A stretch of DNA of 64,000 bases, taken from positions 4,192,001-4,256,000 of the forward strand of contig OZ252299.1 in the NCBI GenBank assembly GCA_965250285.1, written 5' to 3'. Position 1 is the first letter of the stretch; every line of letters starts with the position of its first letter. Under the pieces are notes generated by a model that was not told the origin of the DNA, ran no database searches, and saw only the letters and a list, made by a program, of their open reading frames with translations. The DNA is from Myxococcota bacterium (GTDB taxonomy: Bacteria > Myxococcota_A > UBA9160 > UBA4427). Position numbers and translations under genes: made by a program. Positions 19,176 through 28,018 of the stretch are shown here, one piece after another.

Positions 19176-19856
19176 ATGGAAGCCACTGCCAACACGACAC
19201 GCCGTCCCAGGCTCAGGCATCGCGCCGCGCGAACGGCGATCGCCTGCGCGTGCGCCGCGGCTACGCTCGGCCTGCTGTGCGCGGGCGTCGCCGTCGCGCA
19301 GGACGACGCCAACCCGCCGCCGCGGGGTCCATCGGGCTACGCCCGCCCGGGCATCTACCTCGCCGTCGCCGGCGGCGCGCTGATCAAGACGTTCGACCTG
19401 CCCGACGGCATCACCGATCAGATCGGCGAGAGCGCGTACATCGGGGGCAAGATCGGCTCGCGTCACAACCGCTGGATCGCCACCGAGACGAGCGTCGACT
19501 ACGGCCTGAAGGCCTTCGAGCTCGACGATTCGAACGACTTTATCCCCGGCGTGCCCGTCGAGATGAATCCCCTCTACGTGTCGGGCAACGTGAAGCTCTA
19601 CGCGCTCGATGGTCGCTGGCAGCCATGGGTGGCCGGCGGGATCGGCGGCGCCTGGGCGTTCTTCGAGGCCCGCGTCGCCGGATCGACGGTCAACGTAACG
19701 CGCGGCTCGTTCCTCGGACGCGTCGGCGGCGGGCTCGACTTCTACATCAACCGAAGCATCGTGATCGGCCCCGAGCTGTACTGGAACGCCACGACCGGCG
19801 ACCTGCAGGATCTGCGCACCCTCTCGATCGGCGCGAACGTCTACTTCCGCTTCTGA
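19176..19856 (+). CDS. Outer-membrane beta-barrel protein (OmpA/OmpW-like, 8-stranded)
   Basis: Signal peptide ending AVA-Q; amphipathic strands; QPWVAGGIG, GGGLDFY; C-terminal Phe (YFRF). Confidence 0.8.
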   Translation: MEATANTTRRPRLRHRAARTAIACACAAATLGLLCAGVAVAQDDANPPPRGPSGYARPGIYLAVAGGALIKTFDLPDGITDQIGESAYIGGKIGSRHNRWIATETSVDYGLKAFELDDSNDFIPGVPVEMNPLYVSGNVKLYALDGRWQPWVAGGIGGAWAFFEARVAGSTVNVTRGSFLGRVGGGLDFYINRSIVIGPELYWNATTGDLQDLRTLSIGANVYFRF

Positions 19857-19886
19857 CCGCGTCCGACGTCATGACCCCGAAGAACA

Positions 19887-19920
19887 GAACCCCGGTCGAG
19901 CAGCCGCTCGACCGGGGTTC
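19887..19920. terminator. Intrinsic terminator-like hairpin between convergent genes
   Basis: Perfect 15-bp stem GAACCCCGGTCGAGC-agcc-GCTCGACCGGGGTTC. Confidence 0.75.
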
Positions 19921-19949
19921 GTCGTGTTCAGCAGCGTCGAAGCCCGTGC

Positions 19950-20714
19950 CTAGCTGCGGCGGCGCCCCGCCACGCCGAGCCCCGCGAGACCCAGGCCCAT
20001 CAGCAGCGCCGTCGTGGGCTCGGGGACGATCTCGATGTTGTCGATCGCGCCCGAGCCGCCCAGCAGGAACTCCGCCTTGACGAACTCGCCGAGGCCGAGC
20101 TCCTTCGAGGCGTACGGAGTGATGCGGTTGGCCGTGTTGTCGCCGATGTCGAGGCCCGCGAGCACGACGTCGAAGTCGATGCGGACCGAGGCGCCCGAGG
20201 CGTCCCAGAGCGTGAGCGCGCCGTTCTCGGCGACCGCGCTGTCGATGTCGATCAGGTCGAAGCCAAAGATCGACGTCGGCGTCGAGAACTCGAGGGTCAG
20301 CGTGCCCGCCGGGCGCCGGCCTTCGTCATCGGGCCGGCTGCAGACGCCGCTCTCACAGCCCGCGTCGTTCTCCTGGAGGATCAGCAGATTGCCGAGCACT
20401 TCGCCGACGAGGTTGCCACCGGCCCAGTCGTCCTCGAGGTCGCTGTCTTCGGTGCCGGTGGCGGTCGAGTCGAACGCCACCGCGTAGTCGAAGTCGCGCT
20501 GGAAGCTCTCGGCGATGATGGTGACACCCGAGACGTTCGTGACGACCTCGCCGTTCGCGAGCCCTTCGAAGTCGATCGTCAGGGCCGAGGCCGGGAGCGC
20601 CCCGAACACGAGAGACAGAAAGAGGATCGCGGGAGCCGCGATCACGGGGTGGAGCCGGTCACCGGCTCGGGGGGGTGTGGTTCGCATCGGTCGCATCCGC
20701 CTGAGAGCATCCAT
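19950..20714 (-). CDS. PEP-CTERM sorting-domain surface protein (start uncertain: 20714, 20696 or 20687)
   Basis: Signal peptide ending ASA-L; TIDFEG mature start; C-terminus VPEPTTALLMGLGLAGLGVAGRRRS. Confidence 0.9.
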   Translation of the reverse strand: MDALRRMRPMRTTPPRAGDRLHPVIAAPAILFLSLVFGALPASALTIDFEGLANGEVVTNVSGVTIIAESFQRDFDYAVAFDSTATGTEDSDLEDDWAGGNLVGEVLGNLLILQENDAGCESGVCSRPDDEGRRPAGTLTLEFSTPTSIFGFDLIDIDSAVAENGALTLWDASGASVRIDFDVVLAGLDIGDNTANRITPYASKELGLGEFVKAEFLLGGSGAIDNIEIVPEPTTALLMGLGLAGLGVAGRRRS

Positions 20715-21105
20715 TGGAGTAGGCCGGCCCCCGAAACCAGGGGGTGGGCACACAGGGAAGTGGCGCGAGCGGGCGGTTTGTGGCTCACAATATGTCGATA
20801 GTCTTCGCGCCCGAGCGGAACCCGGTACGGGCTTGGGACGGGCGGCCAGCGGCAGACGACTTCGCGCGCGACGACGGGTTTGCCACCCACGTGGCGCCCG
20901 ACCGCGGCCGAGCGGAGGTGTCGGCTCGGCGGCACGGGCAGATCTTCCCATCCTCGGGCGTCGCCCCCCGCGGCCCGGTCGCCGGGCGATGGTCGCGAAA
21001 CCCCCAACTCGGTTATTGCTACCGAAATCGAAGCGAATGTGCTCGTCCGGGCTCACGGGGTCGGCTCGCTCGATCGACCAGAGGTGGCCGGGTAGACTGC
21101 CCGCG

Positions 21106-23145
21106 ATGGCCCCTCCCCCCTCCCCCGGACGCCTACTGAATCGCGAGCTGTCGTGGCTGGACTTCGACCGCCGTGTGCTCGCGCTCGCGTCCGATCTGCG
21201 GCGGCCGCTGCTCGAGCGCCTGAAGTTCGTCGCGATCTATGCGCAGAACCTCGACGAGTTCTTCCAGGTGCGAGTCGCCGACTTGCAGGACCAGTACGAA
21301 GCCGAGCCCGGGCGCACGTCGGCCGACGGCCTGACGCCCGGCGAGCAGCTCGATGAGATCCGGGCCCGCGTCTCGGCCCTCGCCAGCGAGGCGCACGCGC
21401 TCTTCGAGCACGAGCTGCGGCCCGCCCTCGGCGAGGCGGGCATCGGCCTGGTGTCTTGGCGCGACCTGACGCCGACCGAGCGACGCGAGGCCAAGCGCCG
21501 ATTCGATGTCGAGGTGATGCCGGTGCTGATCCCGCTGGCCGTCGACTCGGCGCACCCGTTCCCGTACCTCTCGGGCCTCTCGCTCTCGGTCGGCGCCGTC
21601 GTCTGCCATACGCCCACCGGCGAGGAGCGCTTCGCGCGCATCAAGGTGCCGTCGTTCGTGCCACGCTTCTTCCGGGTTGGCCGCGACCGCTGGGTGCCGA
21701 TCGAAGAGATGATCCAGGCGAGCTTCCGACGCTTCTTTCCCGAAGACGAGATCCTCGAGCTCGGCTGCTTCCGCGTGACCCGCGACGCCGACCTCGACGT
21801 CGACGACCGCGACACCGTCGATCTCGCGAGCGAGATCGAGCACGAGCTGCGGCGGCGCACCCGGCAGAGCGACGCCGTCCGCCTCGAGGTCGACAAGGGT
21901 GTCGGCCGGCTCATGCGCGAGTACCTGATGAGCGAGCTCGTCCTCGACGACGACGACGTCTATGTCGCGCCGGGCATGCTCGACTGGTCGGCGCTCTTCG
22001 AGCTGGTGAAGCTCGATCGCCCCGAGCTGAAGGATCCGCCGTGGCAGCCGCGACGGATCCGCGCGCTGACGAGCGAGCGACCCGCCGACTTCTTCCAGGC
22101 GCTGCGCGAGCGCGACTTTCTCGTGCACCATCCCTACCAGAGCTTCGAAGGCTCGGTCGAAGAGCTGGTGCGCGCGGGCGCCGAAGATCCGCACGTGCGG
22201 CTCGTGATGTGCACGCTCTATCGCACGGGCGGCCCCGAGAGCGGGATCATGCGCGCACTCGAGCTCGCGGCGGCGCGCGGCAAGCAGGTGCTGGTGCTCG
22301 TCGAGCTGAAGGCCCGCTTCGAAGAGGCCGCCAACCTCGAGCGTGCACGCCACCTCGAGAAGGCCGGCGCCCACGTCGTGTACGGCGTGATGGGTCTCAA
22401 GACGCACGCGAAGATCGCGCTCGTGATCCGCGCCGAGCCCGACGGCCTGCGGCGCTACTGCCATGTCGGCACCGGCAACTACAACCCGGTCACCGCGCGC
22501 CTCTACGAGGACATCGGCATCCTCACGTCGGCCCCCGAGATCACCCTCGACGTCGCCGAGGTCTTCCAGCGACTCACGAGTGGCAGCGGCGCTCGCGACT
22601 ACGCCCGGCTGTTGATCGCGCCGGAGCGCCTGCGCGAGGGCCTGCTCACGCGCATTCGAGAGCAGACGCACCGCCACGGTCGCATCGTGTTCAAGATGAA
22701 CAGCCTCGCCGACCCCACCATCATCGAGGCGCTCTACGAGGCGTCGCGGGCCGGCGCACAGATCGATCTGATCGTGCGCGGCATCTGCTGCCTGCGCCCA
22801 GGGGTCGACGGCCTCTCGGAGCGCATTCGTGTGCGGTCGATCGTCGGGCGCTTCCTCGAGCACTCGCGCATCTTCCGCTTCGGTGACCCGGTCGACGGCG
22901 CCGAGTACTGGCTCGGCTCGGCCGATCTCATGCCTCGCAATCTCGATCTCCGGGTCGAGACGCTCGTCCCGGTCGACGACCCTGCGCTGCGGTCGCGCCT
23001 CGACCGCGTACTGGCCGTCTACCTGCAGCCCGATATTCGCGCCTGGGAGCTGGGCGCCGACGGCCGCTGGAAGGAGACGGGCGGCCAGCGCGACGCGCAA
23101 GAGGTCTTCGTGCGCGCCATTGAGCGCCAGGACGCCACGCGCTGA
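21106..23145 (+). CDS. ppk1: Polyphosphate kinase 1
   Basis: LLNRELSWLDF, NLDEFFQVRVA, HPFPY, HHPY, LKTHAK, GTGNYN, GRFLEHSR, SADLMPRNL; start moved to ATG 21106. Confidence 0.96.
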   Translation: MAPPPSPGRLLNRELSWLDFDRRVLALASDLRRPLLERLKFVAIYAQNLDEFFQVRVADLQDQYEAEPGRTSADGLTPGEQLDEIRARVSALASEAHALFEHELRPALGEAGIGLVSWRDLTPTERREAKRRFDVEVMPVLIPLAVDSAHPFPYLSGLSLSVGAVVCHTPTGEERFARIKVPSFVPRFFRVGRDRWVPIEEMIQASFRRFFPEDEILELGCFRVTRDADLDVDDRDTVDLASEIEHELRRRTRQSDAVRLEVDKGVGRLMREYLMSELVLDDDDVYVAPGMLDWSALFELVKLDRPELKDPPWQPRRIRALTSERPADFFQALRERDFLVHHPYQSFEGSVEELVRAGAEDPHVRLVMCTLYRTGGPESGIMRALELAAARGKQVLVLVELKARFEEAANLERARHLEKAGAHVVYGVMGLKTHAKIALVIRAEPDGLRRYCHVGTGNYNPVTARLYEDIGILTSAPEITLDVAEVFQRLTSGSGARDYARLLIAPERLREGLLTRIREQTHRHGRIVFKMNSLADPTIIEALYEASRAGAQIDLIVRGICCLRPGVDGLSERIRVRSIVGRFLEHSRIFRFGDPVDGAEYWLGSADLMPRNLDLRVETLVPVDDPALRSRLDRVLAVYLQPDIRAWELGADGRWKETGGQRDAQEVFVRAIERQDATR

Positions 23146-23171
23146 GCGCCAGGACGCCACGCGCTGAGCGC
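23121..23171 (+). repeat. 22-bp tandem repeat (2.3 copies) spanning the ppk1 stop codon
   Basis: TGAGCGCCAGGACGCCACGCGC exact at 23121 and 23143, partial third copy at 23165. Confidence 0.9.
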
Positions 23172-23176
23172 GATCC

Positions 23177-23200
23177 GGTGTGCGCAAGGTTTCGCACACC
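23177..23200 (+). terminator. Hairpin downstream of ppk1
   Basis: GGTGTGCG-caaggttt-CGCACACC 8-bp stem; no U-tract. Confidence 0.45.
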
Positions 23201-23323
23201 CACCCCAACGAACCGGCGACGACGCGGCGCCTGCGACCTTCGATTGGGCAGCGCCTGACCCCCGCGTGCGCACGCACGCGCCGGCTGCGTGCTCTCGAGG
23301 CCCTTCGCGCTTCGGTATTCGAC

Positions 23324-23346
23324 ACAATCGTTGGCACGATTGTTGG
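23324..23346 (+). promoter_or_regulatory. Perfect palindrome ACAATCGT-tggc-ACGATTGT overlapping a near-consensus sigma-54 motif
   Basis: TGGCAC-N5-TTGG versus consensus TGGCAC-N5-TTGC, about 65 bp upstream of ATG 23409. Confidence 0.5.
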
Positions 23347-23408
23347 AGTGTGATCTCCCATGCGCCCGAGGCTCGATCCTGCGAGCGGGGGCGCCCGGGG
23401 GATTCACC

Positions 23409-24686
23409 ATGGAGATCGTCACCGAAGCCAAGCTCGACCCGCCGCGCCTCAATGTGGCGCCGCCGCTCTTTCGCCGGCTGCCCGACCCGCTCGACCTGCG
23501 CGACGAGGTGCAGCTCGAGTGCCTCCTCGCCGCTGCCGACGAGCTGCTCGCACGCGCCGACGACGCCGCGACCCTCGACCAGCTCGACTGGATGGCGCAC
23601 GCCTCTCCCGAGCGCTGGTCGATTGCCGCGCGCCTGGTCGTCAAGCTCGCTCGCTCGAAGCAGGCGGTGCAGCGTCGCGTCGGTCCCCTGCACCTCTCGG
23701 TCATCGTGCCGCTCTACAAGGAACACGAGCGCATGCTGCGCCCCGAGTCACATCCGAACGGCGAGGCGTTCATCGATCGCAAGATTCGCCAGCTCGACTG
23801 GCTGCTCGCCTCGAAGCCCGGGGCCGAGTGGGAGCTCTGCCTCGTCGATGACGGCTGTCCGTTCGACAGCGGTCGACTCGCCGAAGCCTGGCTCGCCGAA
23901 CGCCACCCCGACGCGAACGCGCGAGTGCTCTTTCTCGAAGAAGCGATCCGCGACGGCGTCGCGCCCGTGCGCGATCTCGGCGGCGTCGACGAGAGCCGCA
24001 AGGGCGGTTCGATCCATCTGGGGCTCCACGACGTCACGCGCGTCAAGCGGTCGGGGCACGTCGTCGTCTACACCGACGCCGATCTCTCGACGCATCTCGG
24101 ACAGACCGGTCTGCTGATCGAGGCGATCGACGAGCCCGGCACGCTGATGGCGGCCGGGTCGCGCCGACATCCGCTCTCGGTGGTCGCGAAGAGTGCGGCG
24201 CGAAGCGCCCGGGGGCGGCTCTTCATCTATCTCTGGAAGAAGCTGCTCCCCGAGCTCGCGTATCTCGACGACACCCAGTGCGGGTTCAAGGCGATGGCCG
24301 GAGGCACCGCGCGCCGACTCGTCGAGCGTCCGCTGCTCGAGCGCGGCTTCGCCTTCGACATCGAGCTGCTTCTGCGCGTCGAGCAGAATCTCGGTCGCGC
24401 GGTCGCCGACGTGCCGATCGCGTGGATCGACAGCGAGGCGGCGTCGACGACCACCGAGCTCGAACCGTATCTGCCGATGCTGCGCAGCGTCAGCGGGCTC
24501 TACCGCGCCCTGTGTCCGCCGCGCGATGTCTCGGATCGGTTCGCAGACGCCATCGAGTCGATGAGCGAGGCCGACTGGCGGCACGCGGTCGACGAGCTGG
24601 CGCCGCCGCTCGAGACCGTCGACACGGCGCTCGATCGATCGAGCACGCCGCTGCCGGCTTCGGCGCTGCTGCAGCAGGCGGCCTGA
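23409..24686 (+). CDS. Glycosyltransferase family 2 (DPM/dolichyl-phosphate glucose synthase-like) with N-terminal extension
   Basis: LSVIVPLYKE, LVDDG, RKGGSI, DxD motif YTDAD, DTQCGFKA, FAFDIELL. Confidence 0.82.
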   Translation: MEIVTEAKLDPPRLNVAPPLFRRLPDPLDLRDEVQLECLLAAADELLARADDAATLDQLDWMAHASPERWSIAARLVVKLARSKQAVQRRVGPLHLSVIVPLYKEHERMLRPESHPNGEAFIDRKIRQLDWLLASKPGAEWELCLVDDGCPFDSGRLAEAWLAERHPDANARVLFLEEAIRDGVAPVRDLGGVDESRKGGSIHLGLHDVTRVKRSGHVVVYTDADLSTHLGQTGLLIEAIDEPGTLMAAGSRRHPLSVVAKSAARSARGRLFIYLWKKLLPELAYLDDTQCGFKAMAGGTARRLVERPLLERGFAFDIELLLRVEQNLGRAVADVPIAWIDSEAASTTTELEPYLPMLRSVSGLYRALCPPRDVSDRFADAIESMSEADWRHAVDELAPPLETVDTALDRSSTPLPASALLQQAA

Positions 24687-24771
24687 CCCGCCGCACGCGG
24701 CGCGGCTGCAACAGGCGGCCCGAACCGCCATACGCGGCGCTGCTGCAACAGGCGGCCTGACCCGACGTACG
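24661..24771 (+). repeat. 37-bp tandem repeat (3 copies) spanning the glycosyltransferase stop codon
   Basis: Units at 24661, 24698 and 24735, consensus CGGCGCTGCTGCAACAGGCGGCCTGACCCGCCGTACG. Confidence 0.88.
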
Positions 24772-24804
24772 CGGCAGCGCCGCGTTTGTATGCCCCATCA
24801 GCGA

Positions 24805-24832
24805 TTGACATCGCCGCTCCGCCTGCCATCGT
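24805..24832 (+). promoter_or_regulatory. Putative sigma-70 promoter for the GDPD gene
   Basis: TTGACA-N16-CATCGT, then GGAGG RBS before ATG 24851. Confidence 0.45.
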
Positions 24833-24850
24833 CGCCGCCGGAGGGGCGAC

Positions 24851-25723
24851 ATGGTGGCGCCGAGGGCCGCGGCCCGACCCAGCGAAGGCAGCGGGCGAGG
24901 GGTCGACACGCGCGCGCCGTTTCGGGTGATCGCCCACCGCGGTGCATCGGCGCATGCGCCCGAGAACACGCTGCCCGCGTTCGAGCACGCCATCGAGCTC
25001 GGTGCGAAAGAAGTCGAGCTCGACGTTCGGTTCTCGGCCGACGACCAGATCGTCGTGTTTCACGACGACGCCCTCGATCGCAAGACCGACGGGTCGGGAC
25101 GCGTGCGCCACCACACCGCGGCAGCGCTACAGCGCGTCGACATCGGCACCTGGTTCGATGCCACGCACCCCGACGCCGCGCGAAGCTATGCGGGCACGCC
25201 GATCGTGCTGCTGGGTGCCGTGTTCGAACGGCTCGGCGGCCGCGTCCGGTATCACGTCGAAATGAAGGGCTTCGACGACCTGCTCCCGCTTCGACTCCTG
25301 CAGACGATCGATGCGTTCGGGCTGCGCGAACGGGTCACCGTCACCTCGTTCTCGCTGCGGCCGCTGCTGCAGATGCAGAGCCTGGCCCCCGAGCTGCCCC
25401 TGTGTCTGCTGCTGCGCGACGCCCACGATGCGCTTCGCAGCGCCGAGTTTCGTCCGCAGCTCGAAGGACGCAGCGCTGAGGAAGTGCACGACTACTGGAT
25501 CGACGTCGCCGCCGACTCGGGCTTCGCGCAGGTGGGCGTGCGCGCTGCCGACACGCAACCCCGCACCGTCGCCCGGGCCGCCGACCGCGGCGTCGACGTG
25601 CGCGGCTGGGGCGTGGGCGACGAAGCCGACCTGCGCCACCTGGTGCAACTCGGCGCCGTCGGCGCCACCGTCGACTGGCCGGGGCGCGCACTCGAGATCG
25701 TGGGGGAGATGGGGGCAGGCTGA
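24851..25723 (+). CDS. Glycerophosphodiester phosphodiesterase (GDPD)
   Basis: IAHRGAS, PENTLPAF, ELDV, VVFHD, VEMK, TVDWP. Confidence 0.9.
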   Translation: MVAPRAAARPSEGSGRGVDTRAPFRVIAHRGASAHAPENTLPAFEHAIELGAKEVELDVRFSADDQIVVFHDDALDRKTDGSGRVRHHTAAALQRVDIGTWFDATHPDAARSYAGTPIVLLGAVFERLGGRVRYHVEMKGFDDLLPLRLLQTIDAFGLRERVTVTSFSLRPLLQMQSLAPELPLCLLLRDAHDALRSAEFRPQLEGRSAEEVHDYWIDVAADSGFAQVGVRAADTQPRTVARAADRGVDVRGWGVGDEADLRHLVQLGAVGATVDWPGRALEIVGEMGAG

Positions 25724-25747
25724 ATCGAACGCCGCGCAGCGCCGGAC

Positions 25748-26776
25748 TCACGCCCTGTTCGGAGCGACGTCGAGAAAGCGGCCCCCGAGATCCTGATAGT
25801 CGGGGAACTTCTGCATGCGCTGCCACATCCAGTCGCCGTAGACGAAGGGCTCGAAGGGATGCGCGCTCAGCACCGGCTCGATCCGTGCATCGACGGCCGG
25901 CTCGAAGAAGAACGGGATCGAGGTGCGGCGGCGCGCCGTGCCGACCACGCGGTGCTCCGTCGCTCGGACGGCGCCACCCGTCCAGAGCTGCAGCAGCTTG
26001 CCGAAGTTCACGGCCAGCCAGCCGGGCCCGTGCGGCACCGGCGTCCAGTCGCCCTCGGCGGTGCGCGCCTCGAGCCCCGCACCCGCGTCCTGATTGACGA
26101 ACGTGACGCAGCCCGAATCGGTGTGTGGCAGCACGAGCTGCATCGAAGCAGCCGCGCCGCTCGACCCTTCGACGGCCAAGCGTGCGCACAACGCCTCGTC
26201 CCACTCGCCGGGCTCGGGGTGGCGCGCCAGCGTGAGGGTCGAATTGCCCCGTTCGAAGTGGCGGGTCAGCTGCCCGGCCTCGACCTGCAGCACGCGCTCG
26301 ATGGCCGCGACCACGCAACGCCCGAGGGCTTCGAAGCCGGCAAAGGTGCGCGCCGCTTCGTCGCGCCAGCCAGGCAGCGCCGCTTCGTCGGGCAGCGCGC
26401 TCGCCTCCTGCAGCACGTCACGCGCGTCGCCGAGGCGATCGGCCGAGACGACGTCCGGCCCGACATCGAGATTCTCCGTGCCGATGCCCGCGTCGGGCTT
26501 CATCGGCGCGAGGCCGCGATAGCGATTGGGGTTGGCCTGCACGAAACGCTGTCGATACAGACGCTGCTTCGCGCTCGGCGAGAGATCGAACACCGAGAGC
26601 AGCAGGTCTCGCCGCGCGGCATCGAGGCACGCGGCGCCGGGCGGGGGGACGACCGCCATGAAGCCCGTCTCGTGGCAGGCACGCTCGACGAGGCGGTCGA
26701 CCGCGTCCCGGTCGCGGCCGGGCGGGCCGCATAGCGCTGCGCCGTCGACCACCGGAATGTCGGCCGTATGCCTCAT
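25748..26776 (-). CDS. Isopenicillin-N-synthase-family 2OG-Fe(II) oxygenase
   Basis: IPVVD, ACHETGF, HTD, TEHRV, RTS 2OG-binding motif; start ATG 26776. Confidence 0.88.
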   Translation of the reverse strand: MRHTADIPVVDGAALCGPPGRDRDAVDRLVERACHETGFMAVVPPPGAACLDAARRDLLLSVFDLSPSAKQRLYRQRFVQANPNRYRGLAPMKPDAGIGTENLDVGPDVVSADRLGDARDVLQEASALPDEAALPGWRDEAARTFAGFEALGRCVVAAIERVLQVEAGQLTRHFERGNSTLTLARHPEPGEWDEALCARLAVEGSSGAAASMQLVLPHTDSGCVTFVNQDAGAGLEARTAEGDWTPVPHGPGWLAVNFGKLLQLWTGGAVRATEHRVVGTARRRTSIPFFFEPAVDARIEPVLSAHPFEPFVYGDWMWQRMQKFPDYQDLGGRFLDVAPNRA

Positions 26777-26894
26777 GGACCGCACGCTATCACACGCCGC
26801 GAAGGCGACGCGCAAAGCCACCAAGCCCGATTGACTGATGCTCACCTGGCAACGCACCATATCGGGGCGAGGTCGATCCGGCCGGAGGTCCAGC

Positions 26895-27809
26895 GTGAAC
26901 GCCGAGCGCATCGCAGCGAACCCGATCCTGAGTGTCGATCCGACCGATCCGGGGATCGGTGACAACGTGAACGGGCCCTCACTCGTCAAGGTGCCCGACT
27001 GGATCGACGCGCCGCTCGGCCGCTACTACCTCTACTTCGCGCACCATCGCGACACCTTCATTCGCCTCGCGTTCGCCGATGCGCCCGAAGGGCCGTGGCA
27101 CGTGCATCGACGCGGCACGTTGCGGCTCGAAGACACGCCGTGCCTCGATCACATCGCGTCGCCCGATGTGCACGTGCTCGACGACGCGCGCGAGATCCGC
27201 CTCTACTACCACGGGGTCGTGCACCACGACGACGACGTGCCCGACCCGCACGCCAACGCAATCGACCTGACGCGACCGTTCGTGCAGCGCACGTTCTGGG
27301 CATCGTCTCGCGATGGCCTGCACTTCGAAGCAGGCCGAGAGCTCTGCGGGCCGTCGTACTTTCGTGTGGTTCGGCGAACCGATGCAACGTATGCGCTCGC
27401 GATGCCGGGCCTGCTCTACCGCTCGCCGGACGGGCTGACCGGCTGGGAGCGCGGCCCGCAGCTGCTCGACGACGCCACCCGCCACCACGCCCTGCTGCTG
27501 CGCGGATCGACGCTGCACGTGCTCTACACCCGCGCCGGCGATCGCCCCGAGCGCATCCTCCACACGCGCGTCGACACGCGCGGCGACTGGCGCGACTGGC
27601 GCACCGAGGGCGAGACGACGGTGCTCGAGCCCGAGGCGAGCTGGGAGGGCGCCGACCTGCCGCTGCACGCCTCGGAGCGGGGTCAGGTCATGGCGCCGGT
27701 GCGGCAGCTGCGCGATCCGTGCATCTTCGAGGACGAGGGCGCCCTCCACCTCGTGTACGCGATTGCCGGAGAGCAGGGCCTCGCGATGGCGCGCCTGCGG
27801 CTCGACTGA
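26895..27809 (+). CDS. Five-bladed beta-propeller, glycoside-hydrolase-like protein of unknown function
   Basis: NVNGPSL, YYLYFAHH, HIASPDV, LRDPCIF, YAIAGEQG repeats; GTG 26895 with GGAGG RBS. Confidence 0.6.
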   Translation: MNAERIAANPILSVDPTDPGIGDNVNGPSLVKVPDWIDAPLGRYYLYFAHHRDTFIRLAFADAPEGPWHVHRRGTLRLEDTPCLDHIASPDVHVLDDAREIRLYYHGVVHHDDDVPDPHANAIDLTRPFVQRTFWASSRDGLHFEAGRELCGPSYFRVVRRTDATYALAMPGLLYRSPDGLTGWERGPQLLDDATRHHALLLRGSTLHVLYTRAGDRPERILHTRVDTRGDWRDWRTEGETTVLEPEASWEGADLPLHASERGQVMAPVRQLRDPCIFEDEGALHLVYAIAGEQGLAMARLRLD

Positions 27810-28018
27810 CCTGTGCGGCCACGCCGACGGCATCGCGCACACCTGCGGCGAAATCGACACGAATCGGACGAAAGATTTCTTCGGCCCGGGCGGGCGCGCG
27901 GCCTGCGCTCGTTTAGTCTCGGGCTTCGCCGCCCGGTGCGCGCCGGCCCGTCCAGGGACGCGCGCCGCGATCGGCCGACCTTCGCGGCCTGCAAAGGCCC
28001 GCCTTCGAGGAACCCGCG

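Noticed and set aside
20860..20895. c-di-GMP-I riboswitch-like GGCAAACC upstream of the PEP-CTERM gene
   Set aside because: It lacks the GNRA-capped P2 and the GGACGCAAA/P3 elements.
20515..21105. Long N-terminal extensions in the ORF track (ppk1 from 20515; hydrolase from 7417; cytochrome from 16346; mauD from 17547; SnoaL from 12660)
   Set aside because: They overlap neighbouring real genes; downstream starts with RBS, -10 or stop/start overlap fit better, so these are not fusions.
21133..23361. 742-aa minus-strand ORF and similar long shadows (10182..12233, 36982..39252, 54048..55832, 56580..58106)
   Set aside because: Each lies antisense to a well-supported gene and has no recognisable motif.
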